Of a stretch of DNA of 64,000 nt, positions 27,640 through 40,349 are shown piece by piece; position 1 is the stretch's first letter, and each line of letters begins with the position of its first letter. The translations under genes and the position numbers were made by a program. The stretch lies in the NCBI GenBank assembly GCA_047495785.1, contig JBLDXI010000015.1:496001-560000 (forward strand), in the 5' to 3' direction. This DNA comes from Lepidodermella squamata (taxonomy: Eukaryota > Animalia > Gastrotricha). The notes beneath the pieces are model-generated. The model was given only the letters and a program-made list of their open reading frames with translations. It was not told the DNA's origin and did no database searches.

Positions 27640-29003
27640 ACTGACTTCAATATTTTTTTTTAGAGTCTCGGTGCCATCGTAAATGTGCAGCCTTAAAATT
27701 TCGATTTTTTGATAAAGACGTCGAATGCGTGATTTTGCGTAATTTGGTGCTTATTATTTGATTGTTTTCGATTAATTATATACCAATCCTTATATATACC
27801 AATCTTTCTTTTATGCTCAACTGAGATTTGATGTTCATTACTTGTAAACAAAATAAGTGGCGGCTTTGAAACTGTCTCCTGTTCTGTTGCTATGTTATCC
27901 AATTTTTCATTCGCGATAATTTCTCAAATATGATAATCTCTCAAGCCATATAACAAGTCTGTAGAGTTGTTTTTTCATCGAAAATCTATGGCTATGAAAT
28001 GGGAGAAAAAATAAAGTGCCAAGTTATTTACAATGCGTTTGCCTGTTGTTTTTATTCTTTACGACGTTCGCCAAATTCGGTTCATTGAATTTATAATTCC
28101 ATGTTGAAAAGCATAAGTTTGAAATCGATTTGTATTGTACTATCCAGAATCGCGGCGTATCTCGTATCATGGCCCTACTACTCTACCTCAGCTAATGGCG
28201 CAGTTTGTGTCAGACGATGCGAATTTTTCGATTCGAATTCGAAGCCGCGAATGACGATTATTATGAATATCCCAGCCGCTAGCAGAAAGCCATCAACATT
28301 TGCTGCTGATTTCAGGTATCGTTTCCATTTAAACCTAAAATAGACACTAGAATTTTAGAGGGCATAGTATGACTGGCTCTTGTATGAGAAAAGAACGAAG
28401 AACCCACCTTAATCGCTCAGTCGACTGTAAAATGGAGATATGCGCTTCCTTTCCATTTCGAAACGAATTTTCCGCGCTCAACTTGGGCCTATCAAGGGCC
28501 TAAGACCTAGCTTGGGCCTACCATGGGCCCAACAAACCTTGGGCCTATCATGGGCCTAAGAAACCTTGGGCCTACCATGGGCCTAATAAATAGCTTTGGG
28601 CCTACCAAGGGCCCAGTGATTATCAGCCCTGGGCCTACCATGGGCCCAAAGGCCTACGCTGGGCCCAAGGACTTTTGACTGGGAACCATGTCTCGATTTG
28701 TCAAGGCTTTATCTAATCAAGTCGGCGGGTGATTTGTCTTAGCTGCCCGCCTCTCGAGCTCGGACAGCTCCAGCCTAATTACTTGATTGTTAGTTCTGTG
28801 TTGCGGAGGTGCCCGAAAAATTGATTACAGGGTTGAACAATAGCTTCTCGGACACCATAAAAAACGCAACTTAGCTAAATCAATTGGAACCGTTAATTGG
28901 AATCCCAGCAGCTCAGAGAACAGCAACATGTAACACATGTGTTAATTTGTAACACAGCTGTTTATTTTCTTATTCAACTTTAATCTTGTCATAATACTGT
29001 TGT

Positions 29004-29957
29004 TCAGATGACATGAAACACATGAAATGCAGCAGCAAAGGCTAGAACTGAGACAGATCCACTATAGCTCCCAGCTGTGTTTTTCGGTGTAGCCTTCGAA
29101 TTAATCCAGTCCAAATACTCGGACACTCTCGTATAGACATCAGGCCTGTTTGCTTTGCCGCATGGTCGGGGTCCGAAGGAATCTGCTCCGACCACAACCA
29201 TTCGCTCATCGATCTCAACGACCATCGGCCCGCCAGAATCGCCGGCGCAAGCTCCCTTCCCCCCAGTTGACAACCCACCGGCGCAAATCATTCCTTGCCT
29301 TATGGTCACGCCTGAACTTGCCATAAGAGCAGCACAGTCCGAATTTGTGAGAACTGGCAGGCTAACTTGCTGAAGGAGAGCTGGGGTCGGGCCGTTCGTG
29401 TAGGTACTCCCCCAACCAGTGATCACCGCAGTCTCATCGACCAGACTGCCGATTGATGGCCACGGCAAACAAGCTGGTTGGACGTAGTCGTTGAAGGTGA
29501 TTTTCGACGAAAGCTTCATCACAGCAATATCGTTGTCGAATTCCGTTGGCGACTCATAACGTTCGTGAACGAATATATCACTGGCGAGGTATTCACCCTG
29601 CCCTGGCTCGATCACGCTCAGGTCCTGCTTGCCAACTATTACCTTCCAGTATTTAGGATTGCTCATTGAGCTGGAATCGGCGAAGCAGTGAGCTGCACTC
29701 AGGATCAAATCATCGCTGATGATTGTCCCGCCACACGTGTGACAATCCTGCATAGTGCTGCATTGTTGGTTGGGATTCTTGTATTGCAGCGAGACCTGCC
29801 ACGGATACGCGTTAGCCTTGGCCGTAGAACCTCCGACGATGTATGACACTTCTTTAGAAGAATTGTAGTTGCCGTATTTGTTCAAGCCACAAGAACCTTG
29901 TGGAATAGCTCGGACTGAGCTAGCGATGAGAAAAATTGCGAAAAATACTGGAGACAT
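29004..29957 (-). CDS. S1A serine protease paralogue 2, intronless, GPI-like tail, 317 aa
   Basis: MSPVFFAIFLIASSVRA signal, Y-IVGG, SAAHC, NDIAVM, GDSGGP, hydrophobic C-terminus. Confidence 0.93.
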   Translation of the reverse strand: MSPVFFAIFLIASSVRAIPQGSCGLNKYGNYNSSKEVSYIVGGSTAKANAYPWQVSLQYKNPNQQCSTMQDCHTCGGTIISDDLILSAAHCFADSSSMSNPKYWKVIVGKQDLSVIEPGQGEYLASDIFVHERYESPTEFDNDIAVMKLSSKITFNDYVQPACLPWPSIGSLVDETAVITGWGSTYTNGPTPALLQQVSLPVLTNSDCAALMASSGVTIRQGMICAGGLSTGGKGACAGDSGGPMVVEIDERMVVVGADSFGPRPCGKANRPDVYTRVSEYLDWINSKATPKNTAGSYSGSVSVLAFAAAFHVFHVI

Positions 29958-30240
29958 TATGTGAATACTTGAAATTGATCTTCGGTCGCCATCGTTTTTA
30001 TACATCTTGCTATCTTAAGTCCATTCATTAAGCACATCCGGATGAATAGGCCTTATCTAAGTGTGAGAGCTGCCGTCAGCGATATCAAAATGACCTGCTA
30101 TTTGTAAAACTGATAAAGCATTTCTGAATGCCGGCAATACTCATTTTAGTTGCCATTTCGCCAATTCGTGGTATTTTTCCTCGGGCCTACAACTCGCCTG
30201 AATTTTTTAAGCTACAGCAAATTGTTGTGTGATAAGCGGA

Positions 30241-30796
30241 TGGGAAGTACCAGGTCAGCAAAATCATTTTTTAAGATCGCGAATGACAACCATTTATAAA
30301 AATCATATTTTGTTTCTTATATCGCTAACCATTTGAAATTTCGGATTTTTTTTAATCCCCGCGGAATAACGCTGAGGAAGCTTGCCAGCAGCTCGTCCGA
30401 TCATATGCTGAGGTTTTAGCCGCTCAGAAAATCGTGAAACTGCAGTTATCACGTCCGTCTGCATGAGTGGGGTTATTCTTCGCGTCACGAATGAAGCCGT
30501 GAAAACTGTTACTGCCTGAGTTTCTGAGCGGCTAAACCCCCAGGATATGATCTGACGAGTCGACGGCAAGCTTCCTCGGCGTTATTCCGCGGGGATTTAA
30601 AAAATCCGAAATTTCAAATGGTTAGCGATTTACCTAAGAAACAAACTATGATTTTTTTAGCTCCTCCCGAGTTATTCCGTGGTGAATTTAACAAAATGCG
30701 ACATTCAGAGAGGCTCGCGATGTCGGAGCCGAAATCTTGTTTTTTTTTAAATGGTTGTCATCTTAAAAAATGAGTTGGCTGACCTGGTACTTCCCA
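30241..30796. mobile_element. Foldback/palindromic MITE
   Basis: Outer IR TGGGAAGTACCAGGTCAGC and a long inner IR (~30300-30440 vs ~30520-30655). Confidence 0.75.
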
Positions 30797-31289
30797 CACA
30801 CTGATTGCACAATGTTGAACTTTGGCTCAAAAAAATCAGGCAAGAGTCATGTTTCTAACGGAAGCTAGCTCGAGGGAAAATTCTACGAATTGGCGAAATG
30901 GCGAGCAAACAACTTTAACCAAAATGTATGGGACACACTGTAGAAACAAATATGGTCTAATGCATTTGATGCACAGAAAAAACTGCGTTCAACTTTTTTC
31001 CAGAGTTCAGTCACGCGACTGATTTTTGCAACCTATGACACTGCCGCTGTAATACAGTGACAATCGAAAGTCGAAAGATCCGCACCATGAGGCAACACTA
31101 GTTAAACTTTTTCACAAGTGCGAGGCTGTTTATCTCCGCCTGCAAAACGTCGCCTTTCACATTTTAGCAGTTGGAATAAGTTTCAAGGATTCAATCCTCG
31201 AGTGCGAACGCTGCTGGTAATTCCTGTCAAGCAGTTCCTCCGAGAACGTGGCCCCTTCCTCTCGGTCTAGGACGCCATTCAAGAGGTGG

Positions 31290-31640
31290 CTACTGGATGC
31301 GAAAGCCTAGTGACCATGGATCTATCAGCAATAATCGCCTCATGTATAGGTCTCATCAATGTGATGTCATGTGATCAAACTGCTATATGTCGAAAGGCGA
31401 CTATATGAGTATGAGAATGGCCAAGCCCCGGCTATGACCATCCTACAATCGATCTAAACAAACCGTGGCCCACCAAAATTACAATCCGCCGAGGCATATC
31501 ATTCGATTGGATATGTTCTTGCCTGAGTAACTTGCTGAGCTAGCCATGGTTGATATATATATCAACGTACAGCAGAAGCGATGAGATCGGGCTGATACAA
31601 ATTTTACCTCGCAATGGTTCCACCAGATATGTACGACTCT
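31290..31640 (+). pseudogene. Possible decayed Penelope-like RT fragment
   Basis: Broken frames read LVTMD, ..LAELAM and RYV in the expected order; weak. Confidence 0.25.
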
Positions 31641-32115
31641 ACTGGAGAATCGTGTTTAAAAGTTTATTATTCATTCAAGCGGCACCAACTCGCTGGGATA
31701 GCTTCCGAAGCTGAGCTGCTGTGAAAACGGCGAAAATCAAAAGTAACATATAGGGCTGTTCAATTATGATTACTATCTAATCTCCAATAATTTTTTCATT
31801 GAATGGAACTGTCGCGAAGATGAAAGAGTTTACCTATCGCCTTATCTTTCGAAGTTCTGACTGAGTGCAGATAGGCGCGAAACTACGAGAACGACCAAAG
31901 ATTTTCATAATACGGCGCAAGGCGCGAGTCGGTATCTCAGCAATCCAATAGTAGCCCATTTTTGCAATGTTGAAGTCACCCAAAAAAGTTATAAGCCCGG
32001 GTTTCAATTTGAGGCGATATTAACTCAACTGCAGTGGGAAATGGGAAAAAATCATGGGTTCCAATAAAATCGATTTATTATTTCATTTCACTCATCTCTT
32101 CAGTTTTTATAACAA

Positions 32116-33072
32116 TCAGAATAACAGAAATGCAGCAGCAACAACTAGAACCGAAACAGTAGCGCCAAAGCTCTCAGCCGAGTTTTTCGGGATGGGTATA
32201 CGACCTCCGCTTTTTTCATTGATCCAGTTGAGGTACCTGGAGACTCGCGTGTAGACATCAGGGGCGTTCGCATTGCCACATGGTCTAGGTCCAAAGGAAT
32301 CAGCGCCAACTAAAACCATTCGCTTGTTCATCTCAATGACCATCGGCCCGCCAGAATCGCCAGCGCAAGCTCCTTCCCCGCCAGTTGGCAGCCCACCAAG
32401 GCAAATCATCCCATCCGTTATGGTCACGCCTGAGTAAATTCCACTGCAATCAGAATTTTTCATTGTCGTCAGGCTGACTTGCTGAAGAAGGCCTGGGGTC
32501 GGACCGTTTGTGTAAGTACTCCCCCAGCCAGTGATAGTCGCAGTTTCTTTCGCCAGACTACCGATCGATTGCCACGGCAAACAAGCGGGTTGGACGTAGT
32601 CATTGAAGGTGATCTTTGAAGATAGCTTCATCAAAGCTATGTCGTTGGCGTATTGCGTTGGCACAGCGTAACTGCCGTGAACGACGATATTGCTTGCAAA
32701 GTAGAAATCCTGCTCCGGCTCATTAGTATTCAGGTCTTGCTTTCCGACGATTACCTGCCAGTTTCTTGGATCTCTCATCGCGGAGGAGCTAGCGAAGCAG
32801 TGAGCTGCGCTCAGGATGTACTCATCGCTGATGATCGTCCCACCGCACGTGTGGCATTGCTGCATGGTTTTGCATCCTTGGTTAGTGTACTGTAGTGAGA
32901 CCTGCCATGGGTATGCATTAGCTTTGGCCGTTGTCCCACCAACTATGTATGGGCCGATTGAAGTATTGAAGCTGTTTTTAAAAGTGCCATATTTATTCAC
33001 ACCACAGGAACCTGACGGGATAGCTCCGACTGAACCAGTGATGAGACAAATTGCGAAAATTACCCAAAACAT
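32116..33072 (-). CDS. S1A serine protease paralogue 3, intronless, GPI-like tail, 318 aa
   Basis: Signal peptide, Y-IVGG, intact H/D/S triad, tail NSAESFGATVSVLVVAAAFLLF. Confidence 0.94.
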   Translation of the reverse strand: MFWVIFAICLITGSVGAIPSGSCGVNKYGTFKNSFNTSIGPYIVGGTTAKANAYPWQVSLQYTNQGCKTMQQCHTCGGTIISDEYILSAAHCFASSSAMRDPRNWQVIVGKQDLNTNEPEQDFYFASNIVVHGSYAVPTQYANDIALMKLSSKITFNDYVQPACLPWQSIGSLAKETATITGWGSTYTNGPTPGLLQQVSLTTMKNSDCSGIYSGVTITDGMICLGGLPTGGEGACAGDSGGPMVIEMNKRMVLVGADSFGPRPCGNANAPDVYTRVSRYLNWINEKSGGRIPIPKNSAESFGATVSVLVVAAAFLLF

Positions 33073-34967
33073 GTTTTGTTCTTATGAGCACGAATTCATC
33101 GTCTCCACCGTCTTTAAGACTCCTCATCACTCATCACGACGTTTTTCATTTCTTGGAAACACTATTTAACGTAGATATAAACGTGCTTTCCTTCTTCCCA
33201 CCCTTCCCAATCCTTCATGTGCTAAATTAACTTAATACACTTAATTAGTTAGACATTCCGTGTAATTATGGGAAGATAGTGGGAGAGGACGTTAGCCACA
33301 TCAATTGCAATTGCGTTGATTATATCACAATTGATCCACTTCCTGGAAGTTTCAGTTCAAGCTACTGATATAAAATTCTAATCACCCCGCACCATTTCCG
33401 GTTTTAGGGAAACGTTAAGAATCATAGTTTAAGCAGATAAGAGCATGGCCGTTAGTCGCCGTTTCGACCATTTTATTTGTTATTTTCAGCACTCCATGAC
33501 AAGGGTAACGTATTAATAACCTATAATTTCAGCAACGAAATAGGGGGAAATGAGTAATGTACATTTGGCATTGCGACATTTCTCGACATTTATCCAGCAG
33601 CTGCATCGTTCACCTTGGTCGAGCAGCGCACAAGTCGGCGTAAATACCGGCGCTGTAGGAACCAAACTCATTTATTCTGGCCAGTAAACTGCGCATTTAT
33701 CTCTTTCGAGCTCAAAGGAACGCTGATAACAATCTGAGAATGCCTGAGATGCTTTATAAGGGTAGACTGTAAGGGCTTCGTCCTTCGTCAGAGCAACCTA
33801 CATGGCATTTGAGCTGATTTTCAAATAACTAAAATTAGGTGATTACGGAAAGGTTGAGAACATCCAGCTCTAATTTGGTGATTGGTGAGAGAGAATGAAG
33901 AATTTCGTTGTTCTTTGAGCGTAAGATATGCAGTTTCCCGAGGATGGGGCGCTATTTTTCCTCCCCCCATCTTAAGACGTCATCCTTAGACCAGGCGGCT
34001 TCATTGAAGATACCTGAAAACTGATAATGGGCGAGAGCTTACGCCGACCTCCAACCCACTGCAGTCAGCAGTCAAACATGAGTAGCTCCCATCCTGGAAG
34101 AAAGAACATTTTGAGGAGAATGACAGGGATTTATCCAGAACGCAATATTTTTAGCGTTTAAATACACCGGGTCAATAATGTCCTACGATCCGATACCAAC
34201 ATCTATCGGTTCGGTAATCAGGATTTATCCAGCTTTTTGTTCGAAGGAATGTGGTTGCAAAATTGAGGTGTTTTGGAGGTAAACAAATTTTGCGATCGCT
34301 CTCGAATAATCAGCTTCGACCCTATTCAACCATTAGGTATTTTATGAAGAAAATTGCGCGATAAATACAATTCTGCGCGTTTTATGGCTTTTCATTCGAT
34401 TTCATTCATTAGTGCGCGCGCTCAACAGGCCTCATCACATTCACACGCTAAATCTGAATGTGCAAAGGTCGATTCTACTCAATTTTATAAACTGCGGTAA
34501 GTTCTCTTAAGGCTGCATGCCGCCCCTACGAGATCAGTCATTAATCACACTAACTATACTAGCACTGGCTCTAACGTTTATGGGATGACCCTACCCATCG
34601 ATTTGAGGGGATGGGTAGGGGATGCGTAGGGGTTGGCTGGGTAAATCGCTGCCCGATCTCTGAGAGATGCAATGTACTTCGACGATTTATCTAGTTACTC
34701 GGCCCTTCATCAAGAGACAGAATCGTCGAATGTGATCCCTAGGGTGCCCTAGAAAACTTCTCCTAAGGTGGATTGCGGCTTCACCTGATGTTTATAAGAC
34801 AACCGAATCTCTCTCCATTGTGTGGGTATTTACGTCGGTATGAAAACCACATTGAATAGATTAAGATTAAACCACAAAGCGGAAAAGGTCGGACGCGGTT
34901 AACGGTGTCAAGTGTCAAGTAAAGGTTACGCGCGTATATTACGTATTACGCCGGTCCAACTCTAAAT

Positions 34968-35643
34968 CGTCGTCGGTGCGGCCAAAAGTATTATATCCAA
35001 GAGAATTAATTTTGAGATAAATCGAAAAAAACAGATTTATTTTCGAAATTTTCAGTAAAATATGTCACCGAGTCGAGTGAGGGGGTAATTCATCACGGCG
35101 GATCGAATGGCGCCAACCATGTTTACCGGTGATGCATCCTTTTTGCGCTATCGAGACATGCGTTGGATATAATACTGTTTCGTACTTTTTTTGTTTTTTT
35201 TTGTTATGGTGTTATTACATAGAGTGGTTCGATTCCTCGTTCGTGCATCCATTTTTTGACGATTTTTCTTTTTAAGCGAGGGCAAAGAGGATTATTTTTT
35301 GTTTGGCATCAACATAGCACTGCTGTGGTTCGATTCCTCATGCATGCATCTACTTTTTCGCGATTTTTACATCGCCATTTTGCTCGTGATTGAGTGATTT
35401 TTTGCTGGATATAATACTTTTGGTGCCCTTTCGAACTCATGCCATGGAGATAATACTGTTGATTCTGCCGACAAAGTGACCTAGTAAAAAAGGCACGAAA
35501 GTGGATATAATACTTTTGATCCCTGGCGAATTTTGAGGTGCGGTTTTAAGAATAATAACGGGTGTTAGATTCTGAGCCCGAAACTGTAAAAATCTCATTT
35601 TCGATTTTTTATGGATATAATACTTTTGGCCGCACCGACGACG
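34968..35643. mobile_element. MITE with 32-bp TIRs and 4-bp AAAT TSD (Sola1-like)
   Basis: CGTCGTCGGTGCGGCCAAAAGTATTATATCCA and its inverse at 35612-35643; AAAT on both flanks fits the Sola1 AWWT target; internal GGATATAATACT repeats. Confidence 0.75.
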
Positions 35644-35937
35644 AAATATCAAAAAGCAAAATGCATACTCTATAGCGTGCAACATCATCACCTTACCATA
35701 TTCAATTCTGAGAAATTAGCGGTTCTAAGCACTAGGTATAAAAGAATTGTGATTATTGCGAGTTATTGCGAGACTTTAGAAAACTTGCTGAGCCTAGCTG
35801 GTGATCGCCAAACGCGCCTCGGTCAGTCTGAACAGGTTGAAATTCAACAGAAGTACTTTTTATACATATAGCATTCTACCATTTTCATTCATCTGCCAGT
35901 ACAGAGATCTTTGAATATTTACACATCTCGTGAGAGT

Positions 35938-38900
35938 ACGCCTGAGTGAATCCGCCTTAAAAATGTGGATGAAATCTAGCGAAAAATCGAATTTTAAAAC
36001 CCTTGCGGTCGAAGCTGAGGAGGGTTATACAATAAGGCGTTATAAAAAAAAGATGAAATAAGCTGAAAATGGATAAATAAATAAATAAATTTTTAAATAA
36101 TCAAAGTAAAATTTAGGGAAGGCGAAGCACCTGGCATTGATTTTCGACCAAACGCCGATTTTTCCCTAGTTCTACCGTAGAAATTGCCGTAGTTATTCCG
36201 TAGCGCTACCCTGAGCAGCAAGTGCACGTTTTTTGCGAAATACTGCGAAGTTCCAGTGGAAATTGCAGGAAACTGCCTGAAAACGCCGTTTACTGTCATT
36301 TTTCACATTTTTTCAAAACTTACTGCAGTTTTTGGAAAAAACTGGAAGTTAAAGCAGGAATCCGCAGTCATTTCGCGAAATTGACACAGTTTTTTCATGA
36401 AACTTGGGAAATTCGCGGCATTTTATTTGCGACCCGAAGTTAACTTCCATGTGAAATATTTCTTCGTCGCGTAGTTGAAAAACGTTCGATTTTTATTTAT
36501 TTTCACTGCGAAGTGAGAAGTATAGTGAACGAAAGTGAACGAAATTCGATGGCTCGACGTCTAGTTTTCATTGCGGAATTTCCCTGGTTCGAAAAACTGC
36601 CTTCTACCTTTCGGGATCAAACTGTTTTTATTTATCATAAAATGTCTCGTTTCCCCCGATTTTTCCTAATTTTTCCTAATTATTTACCTGGATCCTGAAC
36701 ATAACCGAATTTTTATCGTTTTCGGCCTGAACCGCTTAAAATATAAGAATGACAGCAAAATTCGATAATTTGGATTTTTCTTAAAAGCCAAATTTTAAAT
36801 GACTGAAAATTGTCGTTCTAAATAAAAGCTGAAATAGGGCAAAATCATTGTTATTATGGCGCTCGATTGTTGTGCACACAAGCCTCGGGGTGTTGCGTAA
36901 TCACGACATGCTTCAAAAATGTGGCTTTTTGCTTCATTCCAATCATCTTATTTTTGTTTTAAATTTCAAAACATTCTTATGTCCTATTTAGTAAGAATTT
37001 TTCGTCCGGCCTCAATTTCGCATTTTGAGCTTCATCAATCCCCGCCGCCTTGCTACCAGGTGTGTCGACCATGCAATTTGAACAAGTCAGATAATTATCG
37101 AATTTTCAAGGTAATTTTGATATTAATTCGATTTTCTTTAATTTACCCGCAATTTTCAAAGGTTTGTCCCGCGAATCGATTTAGCCGTCGAACCAGTCTT
37201 AACGAGACGGTCAACAATTCGTAACGGTAATATCGATGAACAATTAACAAGGTATTTTCGTGTTTAATTAATTTCAATTATTAATTTCAATCAATTTCTA
37301 TAGTTTCGTCTGACCTGCTCCAGTGGCGGTTTCTGCATCAGTCTCAGCCGTTGTTCGATCATGGCGTCTCCTGAAACACTATCAACTTGACAATTTTTCA
37401 ATTTTTTTATTGATCAGTTTTGATGAATAAAATGATACTTGCATCGACGGAAGGGTAAAACTGTCTTTTTTAAAGCAGGGAGTGAAAGCCGCATTGTTAA
37501 TAGTGAATGTGAAGTACAAATGGCCCCAAGTGAAAGTTCTATTAGCGATGAGCAAGTGACAGCGCAGTAGAAACCATCTCTCACCAGAAAAACTCTCACC
37601 GCGGAAAACCACTCGGAAAAACTGTCCAGCTCGGCAAAAAACTAGACTTTTGACAAAATACTGTCCACAGACAAACTCTCGCTAATTTGCATATTTAGTT
37701 TTTTTGATTGAGGCAGTTAAAAGGCCCGAAATTGTCGCTCAGGGTAATTTCTACTGTAGAAGCTGCAAATACGGTTAAAAATATCAGAAAAAAAATGCAG
37801 TGAGGGGGCGCAGTGAATCGAACCACCAATACTGACTTATATATTAAATCAACCATGCCCCCCAATCAATTATGCCACCCACTACTTCACAAAGTAAAAT
37901 GCGTTTAACGGGCTGATCTCCTTGACGATATATGAAATACCTATTAGAATCAAGGTAAGCATCGGAAAATGGCAGGATGTAAGGTGAAAAGATTAGAGCC
38001 CGACACTGTTATGACACTGTATAGCGGTTGTGACGCGTCAAAAACGCCAATTTGGCACAACGGCTTAAAAATTACTGTATTTTCAGGGGTGTTTTGCCAG
38101 TTTTGCCAGTTTTGCCAATTTTCCATGCCAGGGAATGTTTCCTTCGGGTTCTAACCATGACAGTTGAATGGAGCGCCCTCAGTTTCACAACCCTGAGAGA
38201 TTTCAAGCCCCCTGTCGCCACTGTTTAGCGGCTGTGACGCGTGAAAAACGCCAAAACAGCGCTCCCCGACTTATCCGTGAAATTTTACCGCAAACTGCCC
38301 CTACCACAGTGTAGTTTTCGACGTTCATTCCCGACGAGACAGTGACGTCTTCAATTGAAAATAGTTTGACAACTTTATTCTCAAAGGTATCTGGCACATA
38401 TTTTGTTCAAGTTATCTTACCGTAGTACTCGCCATAGTTTTTCCGTAGTTTTACCGTAGTGCTACGGAAAAACTACGGTAGAAATCGTATATAGTCATCC
38501 CAATTTTAATCCCCTCATTTGAGCAGAAATTGCGCCTCATAATAATGAACAAAATTCAAATATCAACCGTGAACATTTCGTACAAGTCGAATAATGTTTT
38601 GGCAATCGTTCTCTTCGATTGTAGCTTGCTTGATAGAAGCATTGTAACTCTCTAGCTTCGTTCGGCCGAATCGGCATCAGTCTCAACACAGCGGTGACTC
38701 GAAAAGCATCGGTATTTACTTCGTCAATTTCTCTCTAAAAACAGCCTTTTTCCCGCAATTTTACCGCGAACGCAGCGCGATCAGTGTGGCTGTATCGAAT
38801 TCAGCCAGCCCACTACATAAGCTACGCACCTGGTGGTTTTCTTGTTGTGCTCGTCTCTTGCCTTCTTGGGGAAGCATTGAGCTCAGGCTCAACCTCAATT

Positions 38901-39276
38901 TTCGTTGGATCCAATTTGGTACATACTCTGATCTGATGACAGGTGAGCTATTACTTTCTATCATTTCTCCGACTGATTATTCATTAAAATAATTGGGAAA
39001 TGGGCCTTAAATCATCGACTTGTGTACCTGTTGAATTTGAGACATGTTCTCTGCTGTCGTCATATTTGCCCCGGACATGCCCCACGCTTCACCTTCCCTA
39101 AATTTTACTTTGATTATTTAAAAATTTATTTATTTATTTATCCATTTTCAGCTTATTTCATCTTTTTTTTATAACGCCTTATTGTATAACCCTCCTCAGC
39201 TTCGACCGCAAGGGTTTTAAAATTCGATTTTTCGCTAGATTTCATCCACATTTTTAAGGCGGATTCACTCAGGCGT
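35938..39276. mobile_element. 3.3-kb non-autonomous element with ~191-bp near-perfect TIRs
   Basis: 35938-36128 is the reverse complement of 39086-39276; no transposase and no clear TSD found. Confidence 0.75.
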
Positions 39277-40349
39277 GAAGTAGAGCCCTCGAGCCTGTTC
39301 TCCTGGATTATTCCGATTTTGTCGAAATTCATAAACTGTTTTTGAAAAATTCACAAAAATGAAAACTGATTCTATCGTGATTTTCTGGGAAAAAATAACG
39401 TGAAAATATGGTTTGAAGATACCATGCCACGATTTAAAGATACCAGCTCAAAATGCAAAGCAGCATTTAATTTGGTGGTTCTAATTTTTTCCTTTACATT
39501 CTTTACGCTCATTTTCAAGTCGATTCTCTATTCTCGTCAACATGTCTTCGCACCTCTTATTTTATTTTATTATTATGGCATTTTATTGTTTTTTTTATAA
39601 ATAACGCTTGATCAAGGCATGAGGATTTCAAGGGATTCAAGGCCGGCGTTTGACTCGAGGAGAGGCTGGCTCACAATTCGCCTTAAATTTCGAAAAATTT
39701 GGAAATTTGTGGCATTGGACTCGACATGCCTCGGCCTGCTGCACCATTTGTGGCCTGGTTTAACGCATGTTTAACGCAATTTTCGACAGTCGATATTTTA
39801 GCCCATGATATCTCTCACACTTGAGTTGTGTGTTATCATCTTCCTTAAATTTACTTGAATTATTCAACGAAGTTTCGGCTATTTTCAGCATTTATTTCCC
39901 TCTGAGACGCATCATTTTATGCCCCTGAATAGCGTCGATCACCTGGATTTCTATTCAAATTTCCGCTCAATTTGGCTCATAGGTATTTTCATTCGGTAGA
40001 TTCATTCTGGCGTGACGTGGGGGCTTCGAGTTTTGAATAATTTAAAAACCGTGACGGAGTTGCTGTTGCAAGTCGAATTCTTTTGTCACTGAGACGTCGC
40101 CACTGATAACGTCGCCGAAGTTTCAAGTTCGGTCTCCGAAGTTAGTTTGTGGACGCGCCATTAGGCTCAATCGTGTGAGCTGCATATTTCTCAGGTCCAA
40201 ATATTCAGCAATGATAGGCTAACGCTGATGAGCAGGCTACAAAGTACGTCACCCGCAAAAGCCTTTTCAGATGAGTGCATTATGATCAACTTCATCACTT
40301 AATTCATGTTATCTACTCTTTGTGACGCGGTAACTTTCTGCCGGTAGAA

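Larger units (their letters stand above)
19515..28683 (+). mobile_element. EnSpm/CACTA (CMC) DNA transposon, 9169 bp, apparently full length
   Basis: TIR CCCAGTCAAAAG/CTTTTGACTGGG; 2-bp TSD AA; arrays of TGGGCCTACCATGGGCCC-type subterminal repeats at ~19530-19700 and ~28480-28670; contains a transposase gene. Confidence 0.92.
19172..28871. mobile_element. ~530-bp MITE split by the CACTA insertion
   Basis: 23-bp perfect TIR AGTTGCGTTTTTTATGGTGTCCG at 19172-19194 and inverted at 28849-28871, with TA at or next to each end. Confidence 0.75.
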
